NCBI GenBank assembly: GCA_011364925.1
Contig: RDOA01000009.1
Coordinates: 32,001-96,000 of the forward strand
DNA from: Promethearchaeota archaeon
GTDB lineage: Archaea > Asgardarchaeota > Lokiarchaeia > Sigyniarchaeales > SOKP01
Direction of reading: 5' to 3'
Length of the DNA stretch: 64,000 nucleotides
Position numbers and translations under genes: made by a program. Below the pieces are notes generated by a model, which was not told the DNA's origin, searched no databases, and saw only the letters and a program-made list of their open reading frames with translations. Shown in pieces: positions 1 through 10,043 of this stretch (the first letter of the stretch is position 1; each line of letters opens with the position of its first letter).

Positions 1-2
1 AT

Positions 3-338
3 AAACTTCTAAGCATATGCAACTGCGACCCATGTTGCTGCTTATGGAGAATCTCTTCCATCATTTCTCCTAAGATTGGTTCTAAGGTACAGAGAATGCC
101 TGGTGTGAGCGTGAAAGTCACAGAAAATTGTATAGGGTGCGGGATCTGCATGCAAGATATATGTTTTGTAGATGCTATCCATATGGTCAATAATCATGCA
201 AGAATTAGTAAAGAATGTAAAGGTTGCGGACGTTGCGTTGAATTATGTCCCCAAAATGCTATTGAACTCGTGATAGACGATAAAGAATTTGTTAAAAAAT
301 CAATTGAACAAATTGAAAAACTCGTTGATGTCACCTAG
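3..338 (+). CDS. 4Fe-4S dicluster (ferredoxin-domain) protein, 5'-truncated by window edge
   Basis: Frame is open from base 3 (KLLSICNCDPCCCLW...) into the 96..338 ORF; two CxxCxxCxxxC(P) motifs. Confidence 0.85.
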   Translation, partial: KLLSICNCDPCCCLWRISSIISPKIGSKVQRMPGVSVKVTENCIGCGICMQDICFVDAIHMVNNHARISKECKGCGRCVELCPQNAIELVIDDKEFVKKSIEQIEKLVDVT

Positions 339-372
339 TTTTATATCTTATCCTTCCTAATTCTTTAATGAA

Positions 373-1500
373 ATGAGGATTAAGAACTTTAAATTGGAGG
401 AGTATTTCGCGAAATACGAGTTTAATGTTGAATATTCGCTATGTTCCTCAGATTGTGAATCATTTAGCGTAGATGAATTATTGACCTTAGAAAAAGAATC
501 AATAGATGATCTTAAGAAAGTTTGGTTAGGATACACCGAATCTACTGGTAATCCGTTATTAAGGGAAAAAATTTCTCAGATATATAGTAATATTAACCCT
601 GAGGAGGTAATTGTGTTTAGTGGGGCTGAAGAAGCGATTTTTGTTTTGATGAATGTTCTTTTAAACAAAGACGATCATCTAATCGTTCAATATCCTGCTT
701 ATCAATCTCTCTACGAAATTGCTACGGCTATTGGATGCAAAGTGACTAAATGGTTAATGGATGAGGAGAAACATTGGGAACTCAATCTACAATTTTTAGA
801 ATCGAGCATAACATCTTCTACAAAATGTATTGTAGTTAATTTCCCTCATAATCCCAGTGGTTTCTTGCCTACTAAAGATTTCTACAAAAAATTAATTAAT
901 ATCGCTCAAGAGCATAATATTTATTTACTTTCTGACGAAGTCTATAAATTTTTAGAGTATGTTAAAGCTGATAGATTACCATCTGCTTGCGATCTCTACG
1001 ATAAAAGTTGCTCTATAGGAGTCATGTCAAAATCTTACGGTTTAGCCGGATTGAGAATTGGTTGGCTAGCGACGAGAGATAAAGCACTCTATAAGAAAAT
1101 TGCTTCATTCAAAAATTATACAACAATTTGTAATAGTGCCTTGAGTGAATTTTTTGCTATCTTAGCTCTACGCAACAGAAATAAGATTTTAAAGAGAAAT
1201 CTGGAAATTATTAATCGTAATTTAATCCTCTTAGATAGCTTTTTTAATAAGTATGATAAAATATTTGCTTGGATAAAACCTAGAGCAGGTTCTATAGCTT
1301 TCCCAAGGCTACTTATAGGAGATACTGTAGAAGATTTCTGCTTAGGTCTCCTGAAAGAAAAAAGTGTGTTGTTGATGCCAAGTACTAACTATGAATATGG
1401 TAATCGTCACTTTAGAATCGGATTTGGAAGGAAAAATATGCCAGAAGCATTACAGAAGTTAGAGGAATATCTAAAAGAACAATACAAAGAATATCTTTGA
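373..1500 (+). CDS. PLP-dependent aminotransferase class I/II
   Basis: NFPHNPSG, SDEVY and MSKSYGLAGLRIGW motifs. Confidence 0.9.
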   Translation: MRIKNFKLEEYFAKYEFNVEYSLCSSDCESFSVDELLTLEKESIDDLKKVWLGYTESTGNPLLREKISQIYSNINPEEVIVFSGAEEAIFVLMNVLLNKDDHLIVQYPAYQSLYEIATAIGCKVTKWLMDEEKHWELNLQFLESSITSSTKCIVVNFPHNPSGFLPTKDFYKKLINIAQEHNIYLLSDEVYKFLEYVKADRLPSACDLYDKSCSIGVMSKSYGLAGLRIGWLATRDKALYKKIASFKNYTTICNSALSEFFAILALRNRNKILKRNLEIINRNLILLDSFFNKYDKIFAWIKPRAGSIAFPRLLIGDTVEDFCLGLLKEKSVLLMPSTNYEYGNRHFRIGFGRKNMPEALQKLEEYLKEQYKEYL

Positions 1501-1509
1501 ATAATATTC

Positions 1510-2406
1510 TTATATTTCAATCCCATTCATTTTCGCGAGAACCTTATAGAGTCCATGACTGCCCATATTCTCTAAACCTAAAGCCATAGCGTACATATAA
1601 AATTGATAAGCGAGAGCGAGCCCTGGTAAAGACAAGTGCATATTACTTGCTTCCTTTAGTGCGATCCCCATATCTTTCACAAAATGTTTAATAAAAAATC
1701 CTGGTTCAAAATTACCATTGGCAATCCTAGGACCTAAATTGTTTATTGACCAACAACCTGCTGCTCCTTTTCCTATAACATTAATTACTTCCTCTAAGTC
1801 GTTTCCTGCTTTATGAGCGTATAAAAGGGATTCAACAGTTCCTATCATAGTGGAGGCTATGAGAATTTGATTACTCATTTTAGTATGTTGACCCGCTCCC
1901 GCTTTACCCATATAGGAAAGGTTTTCTCCCATCAATTCAAAAAAAGGCAAAACTTTTTCGTACGTCTCTTTATCACCACCAATCATTATAGCGAGTTTAC
2001 CACTTCTGGCTCCAACATCTCCTCCAGAAACTGGTGCATCTAAAGATGACACTCCTATTTTTTTTGCTTCTTTATATATTTTTTGGGCTAGTGAGGGCTC
2101 AGAAGTCGTCATATCGACTACTATTGAACCATTTTTTATCGATTTTAAAATTCCATTTTCTCCTAAATATACTTCTTCTACATCATTAGGGAATCCGACA
2201 ATTGTAAACACAATATCGCTTTTTTCTGCAATTTCTCTAGTATTCGAGCACCAATTTGCACCCATGTTAACTAATTCTTTAGCTTTTTCTTTGGTCCGAT
2301 TATACACATTAATCTGATACCCTGCGGTTAAAATGTGATTACACATAGATTTTCCCATAACTCCAGTTCCTATCCAACCTACTTTCTCATTCATATCTCT
2401 CATCAT
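1510..2406 (-). CDS. 3-hydroxyisobutyrate dehydrogenase / tartronate semialdehyde reductase family
   Basis: GWIGTGVMG Rossmann motif, DAPVSGG, GAGQHTKMSNQ catalytic Lys motif. Confidence 0.9.
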   Translation of the reverse strand: MMRDMNEKVGWIGTGVMGKSMCNHILTAGYQINVYNRTKEKAKELVNMGANWCSNTREIAEKSDIVFTIVGFPNDVEEVYLGENGILKSIKNGSIVVDMTTSEPSLAQKIYKEAKKIGVSSLDAPVSGGDVGARSGKLAIMIGGDKETYEKVLPFFELMGENLSYMGKAGAGQHTKMSNQILIASTMIGTVESLLYAHKAGNDLEEVINVIGKGAAGCWSINNLGPRIANGNFEPGFFIKHFVKDMGIALKEASNMHLSLPGLALAYQFYMYAMALGLENMGSHGLYKVLAKMNGIEI

Positions 2407-2494
2407 TATACTTAGATTATTTCACAGATAACACTATTATTATTAAGATAAGCAAATTTCTAAACTTTGCTTATTGAACCTACTTAATTTTAAC

Positions 2495-3943
2495 TTACTG
2501 CCAAAACAGATTTCCTTTTTTGACATTTTCAATCCTGGTTCTATGTTTAAGTGCAGATACTGCTTGAACAGCTTCTTTAATTGAGTGAAAAACGGGAATA
2601 TAAGCGAGTTCCAGAGACTCGATGATTAGAGTATATTTTTGAACATAAGGAACAAAACATACTACGGGTTTATTTTTTGCTGATACAACATTTGCTATCC
2701 TTCGACCGATTTGAAATGAGATATTCGGAGGATAGGGGAGAAGCAGTAGTATAATTCCTTCAATACGTTCAATATCTGATAAATATCTTATTACATTTTC
2801 AATATCTGTGTCAATTACAGAACCTGTTAAGTCAATTGGATTGTTAAAAGAAGCTATATCCCTTGATGAAGGATTTATTAACTCTTTTAGATCTTTTTTC
2901 TCTTGTCTTTCAATATGAACCGCATTCAAACCGTAACTTTTGAGCATATCAGACGCAATGACACCATGTCCCCCAGATACAGATACAATTACAACATTTC
3001 CGTATGTTATAACATTTTTTCCAAAAGGATTTTTTCGATGGGATAGAATATCATATACTTTTAAGCATGTTAATAGCTCTCGTTCTGAGTTAGGGTGAAT
3101 TATTTGATATTGCCTCAACGCAGCGCTTAAAATTTTATAGTCTCCTGCTAAACTGGCAGTGTGTGATTGAGTAGCAACTTTTCCTTCTCTAGTTTTCCCT
3201 CCAAAAAAAGTAACTACAGTATCTTCAGACTCTTTAGCTAATTGTAAAAATTGTCTCGCCTTACCTTCTTTGAATCCCTCCAAATAGAAAGCAATGTTTG
3301 AAGTCTCACGGTCAACCTTACTAAAATACTCTAATAACATTACTTCATCGACAACGGCGCGGTTTCCAATTGAAACTGCTGTTGATACTCCTATGTTTCT
3401 CTCACTAAATTTTACAAAAAATTGATCAACTAAAACCCCTCCCGATTGGCTAATTAAAGCTACAGATCCTTTTGGAGGTCGAGTGATTCGTTCTGTAGGT
3501 AAAAATATCGTATCAACAGTAGGACTCGCGTAAACTCCTAAGCAATTTGGACCAAGTACTGCAATATCATTATCAAACGCAAGCTTTTCAAGATATTGTT
3601 GTCTTTTTTTTCCCTTTCCGCCAATTTCAGCAAATCCGCCACCAATAATAACGCACGAAGGGATATTTAAATCAACACAGTCTTGAACATAGTCTAAGGT
3701 ATCATCAGGTCCAACAGCAATTACTAATAAGTCAGGAATCTCGGGTAACTTGTCTAATTTTTCATATAGTTTGATCCCTTCAATGTCTCCCCCAGTTGGA
3801 TAGATACCATACACTTCTACTTCCATTTCAAATTCATTCTTTAATAAAACAATTCTTCCAGGACTCAATGGATTCTTTTTCGAAATTCCGACAACAGCCA
3901 TCGATTTTGGTTTAAAGAGTTTTTCTAAATTCATTTCAAGCAC
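2495..3943 (-). CDS. NDP-forming acyl-CoA synthetase alpha subunit (AcdA-like); start may be ATG at 3934
   Basis: GPNCLG, SQSGG, SHTASLAG phospho-His, SGGHG and NPIDLTG motifs. Confidence 0.85.
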   Translation of the reverse strand: MLEMNLEKLFKPKSMAVVGISKKNPLSPGRIVLLKNEFEMEVEVYGIYPTGGDIEGIKLYEKLDKLPEIPDLLVIAVGPDDTLDYVQDCVDLNIPSCVIIGGGFAEIGGKGKKRQQYLEKLAFDNDIAVLGPNCLGVYASPTVDTIFLPTERITRPPKGSVALISQSGGVLVDQFFVKFSERNIGVSTAVSIGNRAVVDEVMLLEYFSKVDRETSNIAFYLEGFKEGKARQFLQLAKESEDTVVTFFGGKTREGKVATQSHTASLAGDYKILSAALRQYQIIHPNSERELLTCLKVYDILSHRKNPFGKNVITYGNVVIVSVSGGHGVIASDMLKSYGLNAVHIERQEKKDLKELINPSSRDIASFNNPIDLTGSVIDTDIENVIRYLSDIERIEGIILLLLPYPPNISFQIGRRIANVVSAKNKPVVCFVPYVQKYTLIIESLELAYIPVFHSIKEAVQAVSALKHRTRIENVKKGNLFWQ

Positions 3944-4065
3944 AAGGTGAAATCTAAAATATATTAGTGTACAGATTTCTATAATATTTAATTTTGTCTT
4001 TGAAATATGTGATAAATCAATTCTCCTCTTATATAAAGTGTTGATGGTTAAATGGGATTTCCCAG

Positions 4066-4187
4066 AGTTTAAAATTCAATACTTTTGACAATACTGTTAA
4101 AATCTCGCTGTTTAACTATTCATTATAGTTTAAAATTCAATAGTTTTGACACTACTGTTAAAATCTTACTGCTTAACTATTTATTAT
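4066..4187. repeat. 61-bp tandem duplication (2 copies) in the divergent intergenic region
   Basis: 4066-4126 versus 4127-4187 differ at about 6 positions; each copy carries an imperfect palindrome TTTTGACA-N4-TGTTAAAA. Confidence 0.9.
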
Positions 4188-4243
4188 CTGTAAAATTGAA
4201 TAAATTTAATAAAAAATTTGTAACTTATTTCAAAGTGATAATT

Positions 4244-5632
4244 TTGAGCGAAAAAGGAAAGAAAACGGGAAGAATTGCAGCGGTTTTTAGCTTTGGGAAT
4301 ATCGCGGATATAACAGCTTATCAATCCTTCATACTTTTGATTTTCACATTCTATTATTCCGTTGTTGGAATTCAAATTGAACTTGTTACTATCGGATTTA
4401 TTATCTGGTCATTTTGGAACATGATAAATGACCCAATATTGGGTTATATTTCTGATAGAACTCATACAAAATATGGACGACGCAGACCATGGGTTATGAT
4501 TGCTTTCATTCCATTATCAATTATAATGATATTCTTGTTTACGCCTCTTTTACCCATTGGGATTGCAAACCAAATCGGAAATTTTGCTTACTTTCTCATT
4601 ATAATTATTGTTTTTGAGCTATTTTACACAATGTATAGTTTAAATGTAACATCAATGTTTCCAGAAGTTTTTTTATCCCAAAAAGAAAGAACTCAAGCGA
4701 ATAATATCCGAGCAGTATATACAATTATAGGATTGATTGTCGCTTTTCTTCTTCCAGGAATGATTATACAAGATTTCACAGATGCCACATATCTCAATCA
4801 ATACCAAGCTTTTGGTGCAATTGCTTGTACTGTTATTGCAATCACAGCGCTCATATTTTTAATGTTTGGTCCTAAAGAAAAGGAAGAATTTCAAAAGGAT
4901 TACGAGAATGCTTTCAGCTTTGGCAAATCTATCATATATTGTATTAAAAGTAAATCTTTTAGATGGTATATAATAGCAGAACTATGTAATTGGGCTGTTT
5001 ATGGAATGCTTCCGACAATAGTACCGTTATATGCAAAGTTTGTGCTTGGTGCCGAAGGATTTATGACTTCTTTACTATTAGGTTTAACTTTTATTTCAGC
5101 AGCGTTATTTATGACAGTATTATGGAAACCTGTAGTAAGGAGGTGGGGGAATAAAAGAGCATGGATCTTATCTATGTCAATATGGGCAGCTTCATTGCTA
5201 CCCTTAATGTTTATCTCTGATTATATCTCTGGTATGGTCGTGTTCTTTTTAATCGGTATAGGATTATCAGGTTCGCTATATATTATAGATTTAATTGTTG
5301 CGGATATTATCGATGAAGACGAAGTTTCAACAGGAATAAGGAGAGAGGCTGGTTATTATGGGGTAAACGCTTTAATATTGAGATTTTCAAATGTAATAGT
5401 AATTGTCGCAATAGGAACTGTCTTATCTACTGTCGGTTGGCAAGTTTTTGAACCGTCTATGGTGACTCCAAGTGTATTATTTGGATTAAGATCACTAATG
5501 TTCATCTTCCCTGCAATTGCATTACTTATTGCTATATTAGCTATGACTCAGTATCCCCTGCATGGAGAAAGACTCAAAGATGTCAAACTTAAGCGCGAGG
5601 AAATACATCAACAGAAGAAGGCAAGAATTTAA
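4244..5632 (+). CDS. MFS transporter, GPH/MelB-like sugar:cation symporter
   Basis: NDPILGYISDRTHTKYGRRRPW and DIIDEDE..TG.RREAGY motifs, about 12 TM segments; start moved to TTG 4244 because the track extension runs through the tandem repeat. Confidence 0.85.
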   Translation: MSEKGKKTGRIAAVFSFGNIADITAYQSFILLIFTFYYSVVGIQIELVTIGFIIWSFWNMINDPILGYISDRTHTKYGRRRPWVMIAFIPLSIIMIFLFTPLLPIGIANQIGNFAYFLIIIIVFELFYTMYSLNVTSMFPEVFLSQKERTQANNIRAVYTIIGLIVAFLLPGMIIQDFTDATYLNQYQAFGAIACTVIAITALIFLMFGPKEKEEFQKDYENAFSFGKSIIYCIKSKSFRWYIIAELCNWAVYGMLPTIVPLYAKFVLGAEGFMTSLLLGLTFISAALFMTVLWKPVVRRWGNKRAWILSMSIWAASLLPLMFISDYISGMVVFFLIGIGLSGSLYIIDLIVADIIDEDEVSTGIRREAGYYGVNALILRFSNVIVIVAIGTVLSTVGWQVFEPSMVTPSVLFGLRSLMFIFPAIALLIAILAMTQYPLHGERLKDVKLKREEIHQQKKARI

Positions 5633-5746
5633 AAATTTTAAATTAACTTTTTTTATTTTTAATCGATAAGAATTATCTTTTAATTTATTGATTAAAAGTA
5701 TTTGAATAAAAAATAGAGAAGAAAATAAAAAGATTAAGAAAAAAAA

Positions 5747-6634
5747 TCAGAATTCGTATCCACATTTCTTACATACATGCTTTTTAGCGTACATGGGTAT
5801 GTGGCCTACGTACGATAAAACTTTAGTTTTATCTTCAATTTGCTTAATTGCGTTACCAGTAGATCCGCACATAGGGCAGGTTGTTCTTTCTTCACTAGCA
5901 AAACCACCTGAACCCAATTCTGGAGGTTTCAGTTCTGTTAGTTCACTTTCAACTTCTTCTAAGTGAGCAGTCTGAGCGCTGATTAGTTTTTCCTTATCGC
6001 CTACCAAATCGGTAAGTTCTTGAATTTTCGTGTCTTTTTGAAGTAAAATGTTATTTAAGTCCGTTAATTGATTGTTTAGGGATGTGTTTTCGTCTTGAGT
6101 AATGGTCAGTTTGTTATTTAATTCTTGAATTTCGGCAGTTAATTCATCGTGTTCTTCTTTACTCTCTGAAGCAGTTCCTTCTAAACCTTGTATTTGAGAT
6201 TTAGAATTTTCTAATTCAGAAGAGAGATCTGAGATTGTACCGCCAAGTTCCTCGATTTTTCCTTCAAGCTCGCTTATTTTAGAGTTTGCGCTATCGAGTT
6301 TAGGGATTAACGCTTCAAGTTCGCTTATTTTAGTGTTTGCGCTATTCAGATCAGCGGAAGTTTGAACCAATTTTGATTTAGTATCACTAAGTTCTGCTTT
6401 CGTGCTATCCAGAGTTGTTTTTGTGTTTTTTACTTCGTTTGTAGTACTTTCAAGGCTAGTGCCCGTAGATTTAAGAGTACTCTGTGTTTTATTTAAATCG
6501 TTTTTTGTGTCCGTCAGTTGCTTTTCTAAATCGTTAACTTTAGCGCGTAAATCTAACAGAAAACGGCCCTCAACTTTCTGACCTTTATCAGGATGTTCTT
6601 CAGCTTTTTGCCAATCTATCGAAATTTTTCTCAC
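5747..6634 (-). CDS. Long coiled-coil protein with C-terminal Zn ribbon
   Basis: Heptad-rich central region; CPMCG...CKKCGYEF terminus. Confidence 0.8.
   Translation of the reverse strand: MRKISIDWQKAEEHPDKGQKVEGRFLLDLRAKVNDLEKQLTDTKNDLNKTQSTLKSTGTSLESTTNEVKNTKTTLDSTKAELSDTKSKLVQTSADLNSANTKISELEALIPKLDSANSKISELEGKIEELGGTISDLSSELENSKSQIQGLEGTASESKEEHDELTAEIQELNNKLTITQDENTSLNNQLTDLNNILLQKDTKIQELTDLVGDKEKLISAQTAHLEEVESELTELKPPELGSGGFASEERTTCPMCGSTGNAIKQIEDKTKVLSYVGHIPMYAKKHVCKKCGYEF
6262..6345. repeat. Intragenic direct repeat, 51-bp period (17 aa)
   Basis: cttcaagctcgcttattttagagtttgcgctat (6262) versus cttcaagttcgcttattttagtgtttgcgctat (6313). Confidence 0.8.
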
Positions 6635-6822
6635 TCTCTTGTACGATTATTGATTTAATTTGTAGGTTGTATTATTTTTTATTATATTGTATATAATGGA
6701 TCTATTTTAAAAATCTATTTTAAAATAAATTAATAATGTATAATAACAATTGTGTAAAATTTATTTAACTTACGGTTGTTATAATATAATAATAGCGATT
6801 CATCTGTTTATTGTGAATTAAT

Positions 6823-7686
6823 GTGGAAAGAGAAGAAGATTTAAAAATTAACTTAGAATTTATATCAACCTCTGGAGTTTACAAAACTCCTTTCTCTTTA
6901 ATAATCATCGTTCAGTTATTTATCGGAGGATTAGTATTGTTGGTTATTAATTTGTGGTTTATAAATAGTCTTTATTATCTTTTAACAGGTACAGAATTTT
7001 ATTCATTTGGATTAAAAGCAGAATGGTATTATTGGCTACTGCTTCCTCTAAACATTTATGGCAATATTTTTCTATTTGTATTTACTGTTATTTTATTTTC
7101 GGCGAGCATTTTTAAGTTATTAAATTTAATTTCAAAACCTAAAGAAGGAGTGTTTGTAAGAGGGAGTAAAGAGTGGAAGTATATGCATAGACGATTTTGG
7201 ACCGTTTATTTTCCCATTTGGTTAGCTCGAGCCCTTCCTTTACCTTGGCTCGACATAATTGCTTATAGATTTTTTGGTACCCGCGTAGGAAAAAGCGTTG
7301 TTCTATACGAAGGATATATAGATCCAGAGTTTGTAGAAATCGGTGATTTTACTATGACATCACTCAATATTTGCATTTTTTCTCATCTAATCTATCATGA
7401 CAAGGTGATTATTAAGAAAGTAAAAATTGGTAAAGCGTGTGTTGTAGGACCTCACACTATTGTCTCTCCGGGCACTGTTATGGAAGATTTTGCGGTGTTG
7501 GGTGTAAATAGTTATACAAAGATTAACCAAAATCTAAAAGGGAATTTAATCCATGTGGGCACACCAGTAAGTATTACACTGCCTATTCAATCAGTAGAAG
7601 AATCTCAACAGAAAGCTGTAAAGGTAAAAGAAGATATTACTAATTCTGAAGGAGCTCCACTTGATTCAAATTTAAAGGAGGTTTGA
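6823..7686 (+). CDS. Membrane protein with left-handed beta-helix (hexapeptide repeat) acyltransferase-like domain
   Basis: Two N-terminal TM helices, PKEG motif, RFFGTRVGK, VKIGKACVVGPHTIVSPG hexapeptide repeats. Confidence 0.8.
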   Translation: MEREEDLKINLEFISTSGVYKTPFSLIIIVQLFIGGLVLLVINLWFINSLYYLLTGTEFYSFGLKAEWYYWLLLPLNIYGNIFLFVFTVILFSASIFKLLNLISKPKEGVFVRGSKEWKYMHRRFWTVYFPIWLARALPLPWLDIIAYRFFGTRVGKSVVLYEGYIDPEFVEIGDFTMTSLNICIFSHLIYHDKVIIKKVKIGKACVVGPHTIVSPGTVMEDFAVLGVNSYTKINQNLKGNLIHVGTPVSITLPIQSVEESQQKAVKVKEDITNSEGAPLDSNLKEV

Positions 7687-7689
7687 AAG

Positions 7690-8427
7690 TTGTTCCAACC
7701 AGCTAGCTTGAAGGGTGAATCCCCAGTACCCATTGATGAACGAATCAGAAATAGGTATTTATTACTCTATATCTTAATTATTATCCTAAGTTTCATTCCA
7801 TGCTCTCTTTTTGAATATTGGTATGTAGTTTATTTATGGAATGAGACACTTATTTGGTTGTTTTTTTTGTTTCTCCTCCTTAACGCGCTAGGAGCAATCT
7901 ATATAGTGCAATTTAGTGCGTTATTAACTTCAGTTTTAATCTTGAAAGTTGTAAATCTTATTCATTCCCCAAAAGAGGGAATATTTAAGCGATCCTTAGA
8001 AGATCGCGATTATCTCTTTTGGAACATCAGAAACATAATCAAAAAGTGGCCATTATACATTATAGCTTCAAATCCATTTCCTTGGTTTAAAAATCGTTTT
8101 ACCCTAAGGTTTTTTGGAGTGAAAATTGGAAGAGGAACTATTTGCGATAACAGCTGGATATCGTCAGAATTCGTTTCAATTGGAAAAAATGTCATTATAG
8201 GAATGAACTCATCGATTCTAAGTTTTGGAATTGAACAAGAGAATTTTATTCTGAAGAAAGTAAGAGTCGAAAATAATGTGCTTATCGGGGCAAAGTGTGT
8301 TCTTTTACCTGGTACGATTGTAAGACAAAACGCACGCCTTTCAGCTCATTCTTATACAAATCATAATGCTGTTTTAGAAGAAAACTTAATTTATACAGGA
8401 CACCCTGCTAAAATACAAAACGATTAG
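7690..8427 (+). CDS. Second membrane LbH acyltransferase-like protein (paralog of upstream gene)
   Basis: TM helices, PKEG, RFFGVKIGRG, VLIGAKCVLLPG, GHPAK. Confidence 0.8.
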   Translation: MFQPASLKGESPVPIDERIRNRYLLLYILIIILSFIPCSLFEYWYVVYLWNETLIWLFFLFLLLNALGAIYIVQFSALLTSVLILKVVNLIHSPKEGIFKRSLEDRDYLFWNIRNIIKKWPLYIIASNPFPWFKNRFTLRFFGVKIGRGTICDNSWISSEFVSIGKNVIIGMNSSILSFGIEQENFILKKVRVENNVLIGAKCVLLPGTIVRQNARLSAHSYTNHNAVLEENLIYTGHPAKIQND

Positions 8428-8431
8428 AAAT

Positions 8432-10027
8432 ATGATAACCGAAAAAAGCGTAAAAATCAATAGTCTTAATAATAAAAAGTCTAAAAAGAGACTAGTAATC
8501 ATATCTGATACACATATTACTCACGCTGCAGGAGCTTTTAATCTTCACGCTTTTAATGTGGGAATTGAGAAAATAAATAAAATTAAGAATACATCGATTT
8601 ACTTAAACTTAGGAGATGTTACCCATCTCGGTACTTTACTGGACTATGAATACGCTTTGGACCAGTTTAAGAAATTTAAACCGGTGTCTAAAAGTCCTAT
8701 AATGGTGTTAATTGGAAACCACGATGCGCTGAATGTAGGTTATTTATTATTCGAAGAAATGATTGGAAGACGACACTATGCTTATGAAGACGATGATATT
8801 TACATTCTTGGGATAGATAGCACAAAACCGGATTTACCAGGAGGTATAATTCATCACAATATAATAAATTCAGTTAGAGAAGAGTTAGAAAAACCCGAAA
8901 GAGAAAATAAGTTTAAAGTTGTGTGTTTTCACCATCAATTAATACCCATACCTTATACAGGAAAAGAACGCTCGGCGATAGATGATTCTGGAGACATGCT
9001 TAAAATGCTTTTAGAAGCTAAAGCAGATTTAGTTCTAAACGGTCATAGACACACATCTAATCTTTATACGGTTAGTAGTAGTGACAAGGATTTGTTCATT
9101 TTCAATGCGGGAACCTTTTCGTGCAATAAAACACGGTATCGAGAAATGTTTACCTATTCTATTATCGATATAGAGGGCAGCGATCTTAAGTTTAAAGTGA
9201 TTCCCGTTTTAGATTCAAATGCTACTCGTGAAATATTGCGGGAAGTAAACTATTACATTCCTCTGCAAATAGAAAAAAACCAGAAACCTATTGCAAGGTT
9301 TATCCAATTATGCAACTCATTAGTTTCAGAACCTTTGAAGAACGAAGTCAGCAATTTTGACGTAGCAATTAAGCGAATTAATCAAATTGATGGTGTTGAT
9401 TTAGTCGTACACACGGGAAATTTAACAAAGAACAGTTTTAAAGAAGAATTTAGATTAGCAAAAGATAAACTACATCAGCTTAATTATCCTTTTATAGTCG
9501 TTCCCGGATATACCGACTCTAAACCGCACGCTTGGGAATATTGGAAACAAAATTTCGGAGAATTTAACCCTTTATTTGAGAATGAAAAGATATATTTTCA
9601 GGGTATGAATTCTACTACTTTAGATTCAAAGGATGGATTTGTAGGTCGGAAAAAGTTAAGTAATTTCATTGATAAAGTATTATCACTAGGCCATCAGAAA
9701 TTATTTGGGGTGTGCTTTTTCCACAATTTAATTCCAACTCCTTTAAGCGTGTGGAGAACTGAATTAAATGATTCAGGGGATGTGTTATCTCAGTTTGCTA
9801 ACTCACATATAGATTTAGTGTTAAATTCATCTCCAAGCATATCTTTTAACATAAAAATTGAAAATACTATTTTTTCTAATGGTGGAAACTTAGAAAGCAT
9901 GTATTTTAACGAGGTTTTCATCGAAATTGAGATATTTAAGAAAGGTTTAGTAGTAGTAAAGGAACATAACTTAAAAACAGGAAAAGTAAATGTTATTGGT
10001 AATTATTACTTAACAATCCTAATCTAA
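8432..10027 (+). CDS. Tandem calcineurin-like metallophosphoesterase (Icc/CpdA-like); C-terminal copy degenerate
   Basis: N-domain has SDTH, GD, GNHD, HH, GHRH; C-domain has QLCN, TGN, PGYTD, FHN. Confidence 0.85.
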   Translation: MITEKSVKINSLNNKKSKKRLVIISDTHITHAAGAFNLHAFNVGIEKINKIKNTSIYLNLGDVTHLGTLLDYEYALDQFKKFKPVSKSPIMVLIGNHDALNVGYLLFEEMIGRRHYAYEDDDIYILGIDSTKPDLPGGIIHHNIINSVREELEKPERENKFKVVCFHHQLIPIPYTGKERSAIDDSGDMLKMLLEAKADLVLNGHRHTSNLYTVSSSDKDLFIFNAGTFSCNKTRYREMFTYSIIDIEGSDLKFKVIPVLDSNATREILREVNYYIPLQIEKNQKPIARFIQLCNSLVSEPLKNEVSNFDVAIKRINQIDGVDLVVHTGNLTKNSFKEEFRLAKDKLHQLNYPFIVVPGYTDSKPHAWEYWKQNFGEFNPLFENEKIYFQGMNSTTLDSKDGFVGRKKLSNFIDKVLSLGHQKLFGVCFFHNLIPTPLSVWRTELNDSGDVLSQFANSHIDLVLNSSPSISFNIKIENTIFSNGGNLESMYFNEVFIEIEIFKKGLVVVKEHNLKTGKVNVIGNYYLTILI

Positions 10028-10043
10028 TTGTATTTGGCTTGTT

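Noticed and set aside
4066-4187. Mini-CRISPR array
   Set aside because: Two contiguous 61-bp units with no unique spacer, and no cas genes in the window
4085-4243. N-terminal extension of the MFS ORF
   Set aside because: It translates the tandem repeat/promoter region; transporter-like sequence starts near 4244
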